A DNA stretch of 44,998 nt from a virus (lineage: Duplodnaviria > Caudoviricetes). This document shows positions 18,914 to 26,016 of this stretch, in pieces. The notes under the pieces were generated by a model that worked only from the letters and a program-made list of their open reading frames with translations, made no database searches and was not told the DNA's origin. Location: IMG/VR virus record IMGVR_UViG_3300038318_000509, positions 1 through 44,998 of that record; one strand, 5' to 3'. Both the position numbers and the translations under genes were made by a program. Positions within the stretch are counted from its first letter, which is position 1; every line of letters starts with the position of its first letter.

Positions 18914-20251
18914 CTACCAATTGCCAAGGCCCAAATCGCCTGTTTCTAATGTCGCTGGACCGTTGAACAGTACTGTGTGAACGAAGTACCTGTCAGCATC
19001 GAGACAATGGTCATTTTCCTTTGTCGGCTTGTCCTCGCCGCGCTCCTGAGCTTTTGGATCCCAGACATAGGAATAGAACTCACGAAACGTATTTGTGCAG
19101 CAATCGTTGAAAAAGATCATTCTGGTCTTAAGCGCCGTTGCAACGTTGCGGATTCCATCAAGCACCTCATTGTTGGCGTTCATGACCGGGAACTTGCCCT
19201 TTTGCTTAATTAGGGCAATAAAAGAAGCGGCGCTCGGGTCAACGATTACCGCCTTGAGTTTAGGCTCGGAATAGTAGTCATAAGGATCATGGTTGCGATC
19301 CTTGTCGTAGAGATCCCCAATAAACTTTTCCAAGTCCTTATAGTAGTCTTCATCGGTTTTTTGCTTACCCTCATCCCGGCCAGAGTAGTAATACTCCTTG
19401 ACCTTGTACCACGACTTACCGTGTTTGCCCCACAGGCCGAATGTAGTAGGGTTTTGCGTGCCATAGTCAACGGCCACGTAATATTCTGAGTAGTTCCGTT
19501 CCACAGTTGGGACCTTATGGACTGCTTCGTCAAACATGTCGTAGATGATACCCTCAGCCATGACCCACAAGCCAAGGATATACCTCTTGAAAAACACTCC
19601 ACTGAACATCCTGCGGAAGCGTTCTTTAACCTTCTCGGATAGAGACAGATTATCGTCTATTGTAAAGTGGAGATGATAAATGCGCTTCTCGTCAGCCTTG
19701 TCAATGAACTCTAGTTTCATAAAATGGTAAGGGCCTCTTGGGTTGCAGTTCATGAAAATCTTGGACCCATCAACGGAGCAACGACCAATCATCTGATCCA
19801 CAAAGGATTGAGGAAACAATGCAACCTCATCGGCCAGGGCCCCTGCTGCGGTTAGTCCCTGCAGCACGTCCTGGGACGATTCATTATTGGCACCAAAACA
19901 GTAGTATGTGTTGCGGCCAATAACGATGAAGTTCTCTGATCGGTTATACTCATATGGAATACCCCAAGCACTAAGGATCTGAAACATTGGTTTGAGTACG
20001 TTGCGTTTCAAAGCTCCGATACTTTTGCCAGCAATGATGAAATCTTCCCCTTTGGGAAAAGCGTCGAAGGTCCACTGAAGAAAAGAACAGATCATGGCAA
20101 TAGTCTTGCCGCTCCGAATGGCTCCATCGGCAATCACTATGTCGTAGCCTTTATAAGGAGAACCATCTCGCCACCAATTGAGAAGTCTGCGCTGCTTAAT
20201 AGAGAACGGCCTGAACCGAAAGGATTTAGCCTTACGCTTACTCCGCCTCAT
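18914..20251 (-). CDS. terL: Terminase large subunit (PBSX family)
   Basis: Walker A DGAIRSGKT, Walker B LADEVAL, NCNP, nuclease DYGTQNPT, DPSA, DHCLDADRY. Confidence 0.95.
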   Translation of the reverse strand: MRRSKRKAKSFRFRPFSIKQRRLLNWWRDGSPYKGYDIVIADGAIRSGKTIAMICSFLQWTFDAFPKGEDFIIAGKSIGALKRNVLKPMFQILSAWGIPYEYNRSENFIVIGRNTYYCFGANNESSQDVLQGLTAAGALADEVALFPQSFVDQMIGRCSVDGSKIFMNCNPRGPYHFMKLEFIDKADEKRIYHLHFTIDDNLSLSEKVKERFRRMFSGVFFKRYILGLWVMAEGIIYDMFDEAVHKVPTVERNYSEYYVAVDYGTQNPTTFGLWGKHGKSWYKVKEYYYSGRDEGKQKTDEDYYKDLEKFIGDLYDKDRNHDPYDYYSEPKLKAVIVDPSAASFIALIKQKGKFPVMNANNEVLDGIRNVATALKTRMIFFNDCCTNTFREFYSYVWDPKAQERGEDKPTKENDHCLDADRYFVHTVLFNGPATLETGDLGLGNW

Positions 20252-21272
20252 CGTAATCATCCTCAAACAGAGCTCCCACTTCATCTACTGGGACAGTTGT
20301 GGCCTCGATGAAGTCTTGGATAGCCTCCCGGTCACTTCCTTGACCATCGCCGGTTATTTTCAAACGTTCAAGATCCAGTTTCGCCTTATCAATGGCGAGT
20401 TTTTCTTCATCAATCTTACGTTTCCACTCATCTGGAATAACGTCAAAGTATTGCTCAAGTTTTTCAAGGGCCCTCATCTTATCCAGGAGCTTAATGCTTG
20501 CTCCATCCTTACCCTGTTTCACTTCAGATATTAACTGACCATCTACCATCCAGGAACCCTTGAACCTCATTACGTTTACTTCTTTTAGTAAAGGCTCTTT
20601 TTTACCGGTATCTTGGTTGGTTATTATAATTGGACTACCCGAAGCCATCATGGGGACCAGTTCTGTACCGAAATCTACAAATTCAGTGATGTCCGCAAAG
20701 GCTATTTTGGCGTATTGTTCCAGGATATTTATGGCGTCAATAAAGAGTTCTCTGCTCATTTCAGCCTTTAACCTGCGGACTTCACGCTTTATCTTATCAT
20801 TGCTTAGCAAACGAGATCCTTGCACATGGGCACTGTCAGGGGCATATCCAGCTTTGATTGCAGACTGCGTAGCATTAAATGTCCTCAAATAATGTAAACA
20901 AAAAAGACGCTGCATATCTGTGAGATCAGCATCTTCTAATTCCTCTAGAATCTGTAATTCCATGTTTGGCTTTGAATCATCTTTCGCTGTTGCAACCTTC
21001 TTCCGTTGCATTGCCTTTTTCTTCTTAGATGTTGCCTTCTTCCGTTGCGTTGCGCTCTTTTTCTTCTTAGGCTTGTCCTTCGGCGTTGCAACACCAGGCT
21101 TAACAGTTCCACCAGGACCAGACAACTCCGCATCCCAATCTTCCCGATTCTTGCGAGATCGTAATGTGGCAGGTTTTACACCATGCTTTTTGGCTAGGTC
21201 TTTAAGCTGGATGGTGTCATGGTTATCTAAGTACTCTTGTCTGATTACGTCCCAGTCTGGTTTGTTAGCCAC
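20238..21272 (-). CDS. terS: Terminase small subunit
   Basis: N-terminal HTH (LAKKHGVKPATLRSRKNREDW); LT..QRLFC..Y..FNATQSAIKAGY; IKLLDKMRALEKL. Confidence 0.92.
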   Translation of the reverse strand: MANKPDWDVIRQEYLDNHDTIQLKDLAKKHGVKPATLRSRKNREDWDAELSGPGGTVKPGVATPKDKPKKKKSATQRKKATSKKKKAMQRKKVATAKDDSKPNMELQILEELEDADLTDMQRLFCLHYLRTFNATQSAIKAGYAPDSAHVQGSRLLSNDKIKREVRRLKAEMSRELFIDAINILEQYAKIAFADITEFVDFGTELVPMMASGSPIIITNQDTGKKEPLLKEVNVMRFKGSWMVDGQLISEVKQGKDGASIKLLDKMRALEKLEQYFDVIPDEWKRKIDEEKLAIDKAKLDLERLKITGDGQGSDREAIQDFIEATTVPVDEVGALFEDDYDEAE

Positions 21273-21304
21273 ATCACCACCTTCCTTCTAACTTAAATCC
21301 CATC

Positions 21305-21403
21305 TCATTTAATGCACCGGCTAAACATGCAGTAGTAGAGGTTGTCATTTATTTTCGTGACCCATGGACATTTTTGGCATTGCTTATGAGCTATACGCCT
21401 CAT
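21305..21403 (-). CDS. Cys-rich micro-ORF (32 aa, MRRIAHKQCQKCPWVTKINDNLYYCMFSRCIK)
   Basis: Not in the ORF track; GAGGT RBS; four Cys (CxxC...CxxxxC). Confidence 0.5.
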   Translation of the reverse strand: MRRIAHKQCQKCPWVTKINDNLYYCMFSRCIK

Positions 21404-21434
21404 GTAATTGCCACCTCTCAGCGTTTTAGGTATG

Positions 21435-21467
21435 AAAAAGAGCCCAGCCGGAGGAGGAACTGGACTC
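21435..21467 (-). terminator. Terminator-like hairpin in the late leader
   Basis: GAGTCCAGTT..GGCTGGGCTC followed by TTTTT. Confidence 0.5.
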
Positions 21468-21602
21468 CAGAAAAAATCTAGGATAATTGTACTATCTAAT
21501 CCTGACTTTGCTTGCCTCTCACTATTTAAGTACTTTATGTAACAACTCGATTCACTTTTAGTGTTCCATTTGTAGTACTAAAATACACTATTCCTTGATA
21601 CC

Positions 21603-21611
21603 ATATTAGCA
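21603..21611 (-). promoter_or_regulatory. Putative late promoter, extended -10 (TGcTAATAT)
   Basis: Overlaps the stop codon of the activator gene and has no good -35, as expected for an ArpU/RinA-activated late promoter. Confidence 0.5.
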
Positions 21612-22037
21612 CACTTTACTTCGGCTTTTTCGGTCATTTTCAATACTTGCGAAGAATCTGGCACATCTCTTTCGCGGAACACTCTCGGCAGCATAATTCA
21701 TTTCCTGGGCAACTTCACGCCATGGCTGGTTACAGACGTACCGTAAGATAAGGATCTGCCTCAGTTCGCTGTCCTCAACCGATTCGATAAAGGTCATCAT
21801 CTCGTTTTGCATGGTCAACAGTTTCGCTAAGTGGTTCTCCAAGCGAGCTTTTAGTTTATTAACAAGCCCCTTGTCGCACTGCCCTATCCCGGTGATAACA
21901 AATTTGCGCTGACCGTAGGGGTAATGAGCACTGGAGCCTGAAACTACGTCCGTCACCACCTGATTTTCCAGTTTATCAATTTGGGATTTTATAAGTTCAA
22001 TTTCATTTTTAATAAACCTTAGTTGATCTAAATCCAC
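21606..22037 (-). CDS. Late transcriptional activator (ArpU/RinA-like, C-terminal sigma-4-type HTH)
   Basis: Start moved to the GTG at 22037 (GGAGG RBS). VTDVVSGS, RQILILRY...WREVAQEMNY; directly upstream of terS. Confidence 0.8.
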   Translation of the reverse strand: MDLDQLRFIKNEIELIKSQIDKLENQVVTDVVSGSSAHYPYGQRKFVITGIGQCDKGLVNKLKARLENHLAKLLTMQNEMMTFIESVEDSELRQILILRYVCNQPWREVAQEMNYAAESVPRKRCARFFASIENDRKSRSKVC

Positions 22038-22057
22038 AAAATCCCCTCCTTGGTAAT

Positions 22058-22100
22058 AAAAAAAGCCGACACAGCAGGTGGTTGTCCTGCAAATGTCGGC
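22058..22100 (-). terminator. Intrinsic terminator/attenuator upstream of the late activator
   Basis: GCCGACA..GCAGG-loop-CCTGC..TGTCGGC followed by TTTTTTT. Confidence 0.75.
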
Positions 22101-22133
22101 GTCCTGTATTGAGGTAGCCTTAATTGCCATCTG

Positions 22134-22706
22134 TTATTCTCGTCTAATGCCTTTAAGCTCATTTTCTATTTTTGACAAACTTTTTGTCAACTCATGGGTT
22201 AGCTGGTCAATACCAGTCGTGCGAAGTAATATAGAACCATGCGAAGGGAAATCAAACTCCCAGAACACTTGATTTTCCTCACCCTTGTGGTCTCTAAATG
22301 TAATAGTTGCCCTCGCCTCTGGTAGAGCCTCAACCTCAACTTGCGCTTTCCCCATGGCTCCAAAAAACCATTCTTGCTTTGGTGCCAAATGAAGACTAGC
22401 AGTTCTCAGATTCTCTAGCGTTTTACTCACTTGCCCAGGGAGTGCAGCAAGAAACTCGTCAGAAAAATCTATCGAAATTGACCGTGCGGGCGAAGTTCCA
22501 TAGTTTGCGATGCCAAACATGATTAAACCAGAAGGAGTGACCCTTACCTGAAGTTGGACATTGGGTTTCTCTCGCTCTTCCCGGTCCCGTTTTACTTCCT
22601 CAAGAGTCTTTCGTTGTAGCCCAGCAAGTACTATGGTTGCGACAACATAGACCAGGGTCAAAAGAGCCATCACAAAGCCAGAATTCGCATTTAGCCAGTC
22701 AATCAA
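22134..22706 (-). CDS. Membrane-anchored hypothetical protein (moron)
   Basis: N-terminal TM (FVMALLTLVYVVATIVL), then a beta-rich domain (IANYGTSPARSI); GGAGG RBS. Confidence 0.8.
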   Translation of the reverse strand: MIDWLNANSGFVMALLTLVYVVATIVLAGLQRKTLEEVKRDREEREKPNVQLQVRVTPSGLIMFGIANYGTSPARSISIDFSDEFLAALPGQVSKTLENLRTASLHLAPKQEWFFGAMGKAQVEVEALPEARATITFRDHKGEENQVFWEFDFPSHGSILLRTTGIDQLTHELTKSLSKIENELKGIRRE

Positions 22707-22740
22707 TTTTAACCCTCCATGTTTCTATGCTTTTTTCAGA

Positions 22741-23175
22741 CTAAGCTTCGTTGAGATTTAATCGCTTGCTTTTATATACCCTACCAGCTCCATCTATGGC
22801 GAAAGCTCTGCTTATCTTAGTAAGGTCATCAATTAGATCTTTCTCCACTAAATAAGATGTGTTTTGCCCTCCGTTGATTTCTCGCGGCCCTTGGAGAGAA
22901 TCTGTCAGTATCATGTCTTTGTCAATGTTCTTGGTGAAAAAACCTGCTTTTTCGATGGTTACAGGGTAAACTCCTTTGTTCCGAACAGTGATAGTGACAT
23001 AAACGGTATCCTTTTTGTACGGCTCCACATCTTTGCCGAAGACCTCATATTCCCTACATTCAACAACGATATTGTTTCGATCCCGTAAGTACAACATAAC
23101 ATCGATCCCGATTGCCAGAGTGGAAACCAATGCCGCGTACCATGCCACTATACCTGCAGAAATTGTGATTTCCAT
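22741..23175 (-). CDS. Membrane-anchored hypothetical protein (moron)
   Basis: N-terminal TM (IVAWYAALVSTLAIGI), then a beta-rich domain (ITVRNKGVYPVTIEK). Confidence 0.8.
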   Translation of the reverse strand: MEITISAGIVAWYAALVSTLAIGIDVMLYLRDRNNIVVECREYEVFGKDVEPYKKDTVYVTITVRNKGVYPVTIEKAGFFTKNIDKDMILTDSLQGPREINGGQNTSYLVEKDLIDDLTKISRAFAIDGAGRVYKSKRLNLNEA

Positions 23176-23184
23176 AGATGCCCC

Positions 23185-23331
23185 CTACCCCACCCTCTCC
23201 CGCTCATACTTGTCCACGAAGATGGGCTTCCCATTTTGAACTTTTATGATAATCTCACCGTACTGTATAGACTTCAGCGCAGCTTCTACGCTTTTTAAAG
23301 CCTCACCAATCGACATAGTTTTGTTATCCAC
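23185..23331 (-). CDS. DUF2292/YezD-like small protein (48 aa)
   Basis: Not in the ORF track; hand translation MDNKTMSIGEALKSVEAALKSIQYGEIIIKVQNGKPIFVDKYERERVG has the YGEIxIxVQNG motif; AGGAG RBS. Confidence 0.75.
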   Translation of the reverse strand: MDNKTMSIGEALKSVEAALKSIQYGEIIIKVQNGKPIFVDKYERERVG

Positions 23332-23424
23332 GATTCACACTCTCCTAACATTTCGTGATGATGGTAGCATTTTCCTGCTTGTTATTGTGAGTGAAACAAA
23401 GGTTTTAGTCATGTCGTATACAAT

Positions 23425-23607
23425 CTACTCCTCGGCTCCACAGCTTGCACACCGACTCATAGCCCACCACTTCAACATCTCCCACCAACTGGAGACTTGG
23501 AAGTCGTCTCCCCTCTTTATAGCCACGCAATCTGGGCAAAACCAAAATGGATGACGTTTAGCTAGGAAGTTAATCCACCAGGGAATGCGCTTATCCACCT
23601 CACGCAC
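23425..23607 (-). CDS. Small Zn-finger-like hypothetical protein
   Basis: CPDC...CASC; overlaps the resolvase stop. Confidence 0.55.
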   Translation of the reverse strand: MREVDKRIPWWINFLAKRHPFWFCPDCVAIKRGDDFQVSSWWEMLKWWAMSRCASCGAEE

Positions 23608-24121
23608 TCTTCTTCAAATCCTTCACAACTTCAATTTGTGGCTTAATCAAGTCATCATCTACTCCTAGGTAGGCTAGTCCTACTCTAGCTAATGCATAAG
23701 CATCAACTTCATCATTGGTCTTGGCCTCAAAGCCCCAGCGCTTGTAGACACCCAACCTAACTTCATCCTTTTTTGCATTGCCCTTACCACAAGCAAACTT
23801 CTTTACACGAGTAGGGGGCACTAATATAAATGGCCACCCATTGATATACAAACTATGCTTTACAACTCCACCAAGCTCTGCGATTGGAGCCATCGCATTA
23901 GGTCGGCCAAAGGCGTAGCCTTCGATCACTATGAGATCTGGTTGATTGAGACTAACCAATACCATGATCTGCTCTCTCAAATGCTCAAGCCTGGCCTCAC
24001 CTTTATATTTGCTTTTGATAACTAGGCTTTCTTCAGTACAGAAATCGCCCTGTTCCTCCCCGGGGCCTAATACTACAGCCCCGGTACTTGTTAGCGATAA
24101 ATCCAAACCGATTACGATCAT
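23600..24121 (-). CDS. ruvC: RuvC-like Holliday junction resolvase
   Basis: IGLDLSLTSTG, IVIEGY, VKKFACGKGNAKK, NDEVDAYAL. Confidence 0.88.
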   Translation of the reverse strand: MIVIGLDLSLTSTGAVVLGPGEEQGDFCTEESLVIKSKYKGEARLEHLREQIMVLVSLNQPDLIVIEGYAFGRPNAMAPIAELGGVVKHSLYINGWPFILVPPTRVKKFACGKGNAKKDEVRLGVYKRWGFEAKTNDEVDAYALARVGLAYLGVDDDLIKPQIEVVKDLKKSA

Positions 24122-24336
24122 GTTGTCCTCTCCTTAATTTTGTTGATTTCGTCTAATTCGGTACTCCCAAATAGATGTAGGGCTACCATCTTCCGGATCT
24201 TCAATTGACAGCTGAGACATATTATTATTGGTTCTTTGCTCGAAGCATGGAGCTCCCACTCTTCTTCTGATGCTTTTTTGGGGGAGGCCCTTCGGCGGCA
24301 CATGTCACATGTCCATTGCCTTTTGTCAGCGATCAT
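24118..24336 (-). CDS. Small Zn-finger-like hypothetical protein
   Basis: Start moved to the ATG at 24336 (ATGA overlap with the upstream gene); CDMC...CLSC. Confidence 0.6.
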   Translation of the reverse strand: MIADKRQWTCDMCRRRASPKKASEEEWELHASSKEPIIICLSCQLKIRKMVALHLFGSTELDEINKIKERTT

Positions 24337-24518
24337 TGCTCTTGACAATCGGGGCAAATGTCGATCCATTCATCAGATATCCAATCTCGTTCACTTTGCC
24401 AACCATTGTCTTTCTTGTACTCCACAGCTTCATCGAATTCAAGGAACCCAATGGCTTCACTTTCGTCCTCGCAGATATCACAGATGAGATAATAAACTCC
24501 ATGAATCTTGTCAATCAT
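24333..24518 (-). CDS. Small Zn-finger phage protein
   Basis: CDIC...GW...CPDC; GGAGG RBS. Confidence 0.75.
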   Translation of the reverse strand: MIDKIHGVYYLICDICEDESEAIGFLEFDEAVEYKKDNGWQSERDWISDEWIDICPDCQEQ

Positions 24519-24878
24519 CTACCCCACCTCCCTTATGTCAGGCCCCTGTTGACCCACACACCGGCTGCAAAGTTCCTCCTCGACCCAGTAACAACCACCT
24601 TGGCAAGCATTGTTCCAGGTACAACCACAAACCCTGCATTGCTGTTCTACCAACGGCCAGTGGTACACATTATCCTGAAGCTCTGTATCATAAATCCTGT
24701 AGGAGTCACCAATTACTTCGTGGAGGCTTCTGGCTTCCATTTCGAGCGTTTCTAAATCCTCCTCCTCACCAAGCCTTACTGCATGATGCCGGCCATTAAA
24801 CAGGATGTACCGGGTCTTCGTGATGGTTTGCTGGGTTCCCCGGATTGACCTGCCAGCTTTGTCAGTCGTTTTTCTCAT
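24519..24878 (-). CDS. Hypothetical protein with C-terminal Cys cluster
   Basis: CRVCGCTWNNACQGGCYWVEEELCSRC. Confidence 0.75.
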   Translation of the reverse strand: MRKTTDKAGRSIRGTQQTITKTRYILFNGRHHAVRLGEEEDLETLEMEARSLHEVIGDSYRIYDTELQDNVYHWPLVEQQCRVCGCTWNNACQGGCYWVEEELCSRCVGQQGPDIREVG

Positions 24879-25135
24879 GATGCAACTCCCTCCTTGGATT
24901 CCGTGCTCAACTTGCTCAGGGTTAATTCCCTTTTATACTCAAGACAATTTCTCATAGTGACATTGCAGATATCCTGGGTTACCTTCAGCTTCTGTTCGGA
25001 TTCTAGGGCTCTCTTGGCCCACGTAATCCTTTCTCTTCGGAGATGTTTGCAGCGTTTCTCCAATCTCTGTACTTCCAACAGCTTGTACACCGCCACTAGA
25101 CTTAAGATTACTACCGTACAAAGTATGAGTATCAT
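24875..25135 (-). CDS. Hypothetical membrane-anchored coiled-coil protein
   Basis: N-terminal hydrophobic helix; GGAGGT RBS. Confidence 0.65.
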   Translation of the reverse strand: MILILCTVVILSLVAVYKLLEVQRLEKRCKHLRRERITWAKRALESEQKLKVTQDICNVTMRNCLEYKRELTLSKLSTESKEGVAS

Positions 25136-25332
25136 TGGTCTACCTCCATGTTTGTGAGTTGATCCTTACTCTCTACCACTTAGCACTCGTCTCTCAAAAT
25201 TGGGTGACTTTAACTGGACACTACCAGGATAGTGTTTTTGGAAATGTTCAAACACTATATGTTGTTGTGAGTTAGTCCATAGCATCAGTCCTTATTCAAA
25301 TGATCCAACACAAGTGATCGCGATTGATTTAT

Positions 25333-25719
25333 TTACGCTACAGCTCGCCTAAACACGGCAGCCATCTCTTTTCTAAGTGGCATGAGCCAATCAGCTAACA
25401 ACGCATCCTTGCACCAGGCGCCTAGCAAGGGCTCGTAGTCAAGCTTAAGACCACCTGTATCAAGCTTGTTAAGCCTTGCCCCACCGCAGCGCAGGCCATG
25501 AAGTAGACCAAAAATGCTGCCGTCACAGGGCAATCCTGATTTGGGCCCATTTGATTGGCCTGAAAACGTTCTATCTACTAAAATTTTGGCATCGTATTTT
25601 TGGGCAGTGATCAGCACACTGGCCCAGTCGATGTGATCCTCTCTTAAATCAGGGCGAGGATCACGATCCGAATCCGACATTGGTTTTTTGCCCGTAAGAA
25701 TTTGAGAGTACTTGTTCAT
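25333..25719 (-). CDS. Hypothetical protein (128 aa)
   Basis: AAGGAG RBS; DPRPDL..D...W...L and LHGLRCGGARL; follows the primase/origin. Confidence 0.75.
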   Translation of the reverse strand: MNKYSQILTGKKPMSDSDRDPRPDLREDHIDWASVLITAQKYDAKILVDRTFSGQSNGPKSGLPCDGSIFGLLHGLRCGGARLNKLDTGGLKLDYEPLLGAWCKDALLADWLMPLRKEMAAVFRRAVA

Positions 25720-25740
25720 GGTGGCTACTCCTTTCCAGTG

Positions 25741-26014
25741 GAAAAGTTACGGAGTTACAGTAGATTACATTCTGGTTACACCTGAGACCGGCTATTTATC
25801 GAGGTCTATGCAAAGTGTAACTTTGTGTCCTCTGAATCGCACCCATATAATCAAAACAAAGAAATGACATTATTAGACGTGACAAAAATTCTTCTTTTAT
25901 ATTTTGAAACTCTCAGGGTTTGCGGGTTACGAAGTTACAAATTGCCGAGATGCCCTTGCAATCAGGATTTGAACTGTAACTCCCTGCGTAACCCATTGTA
26001 ACTCTGTAACTTTC
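25741..26014. repeat. Putative replication origin: symmetric arrays of GTTAC/GTAAC repeats around an AT-rich core
   Basis: Left arm GAAAAGTTACGGAGTTACAGTAGATTACATTCTGGTTACA. Right arm (reverse complement) GAAAGTTACAGAGTTACAATGGGTTACGCAGGGAGTTACA. Inner copies near 25815-25830 and 25925-25940. Immediately downstream of the primase-helicase gene. Confidence 0.7.
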
Positions 26015-26016
26015 TG

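Noticed and set aside
24875-25135. Holin or lysis gene
   Set aside because: Single N-terminal hydrophobic helix in the early/middle region with no adjacent endolysin.
25166-25285. Possible 39-aa minus-strand ORF (MLWTNSQQHIVFEHF...)
   Set aside because: Short and without any recognisable motif; cannot be supported without homologues.
25741-26014. CRISPR array or MITE
   Set aside because: The repeat units are only 5-6 nt with 3-7 nt spacing. No target-site duplication or transposase was seen. An origin fits better.
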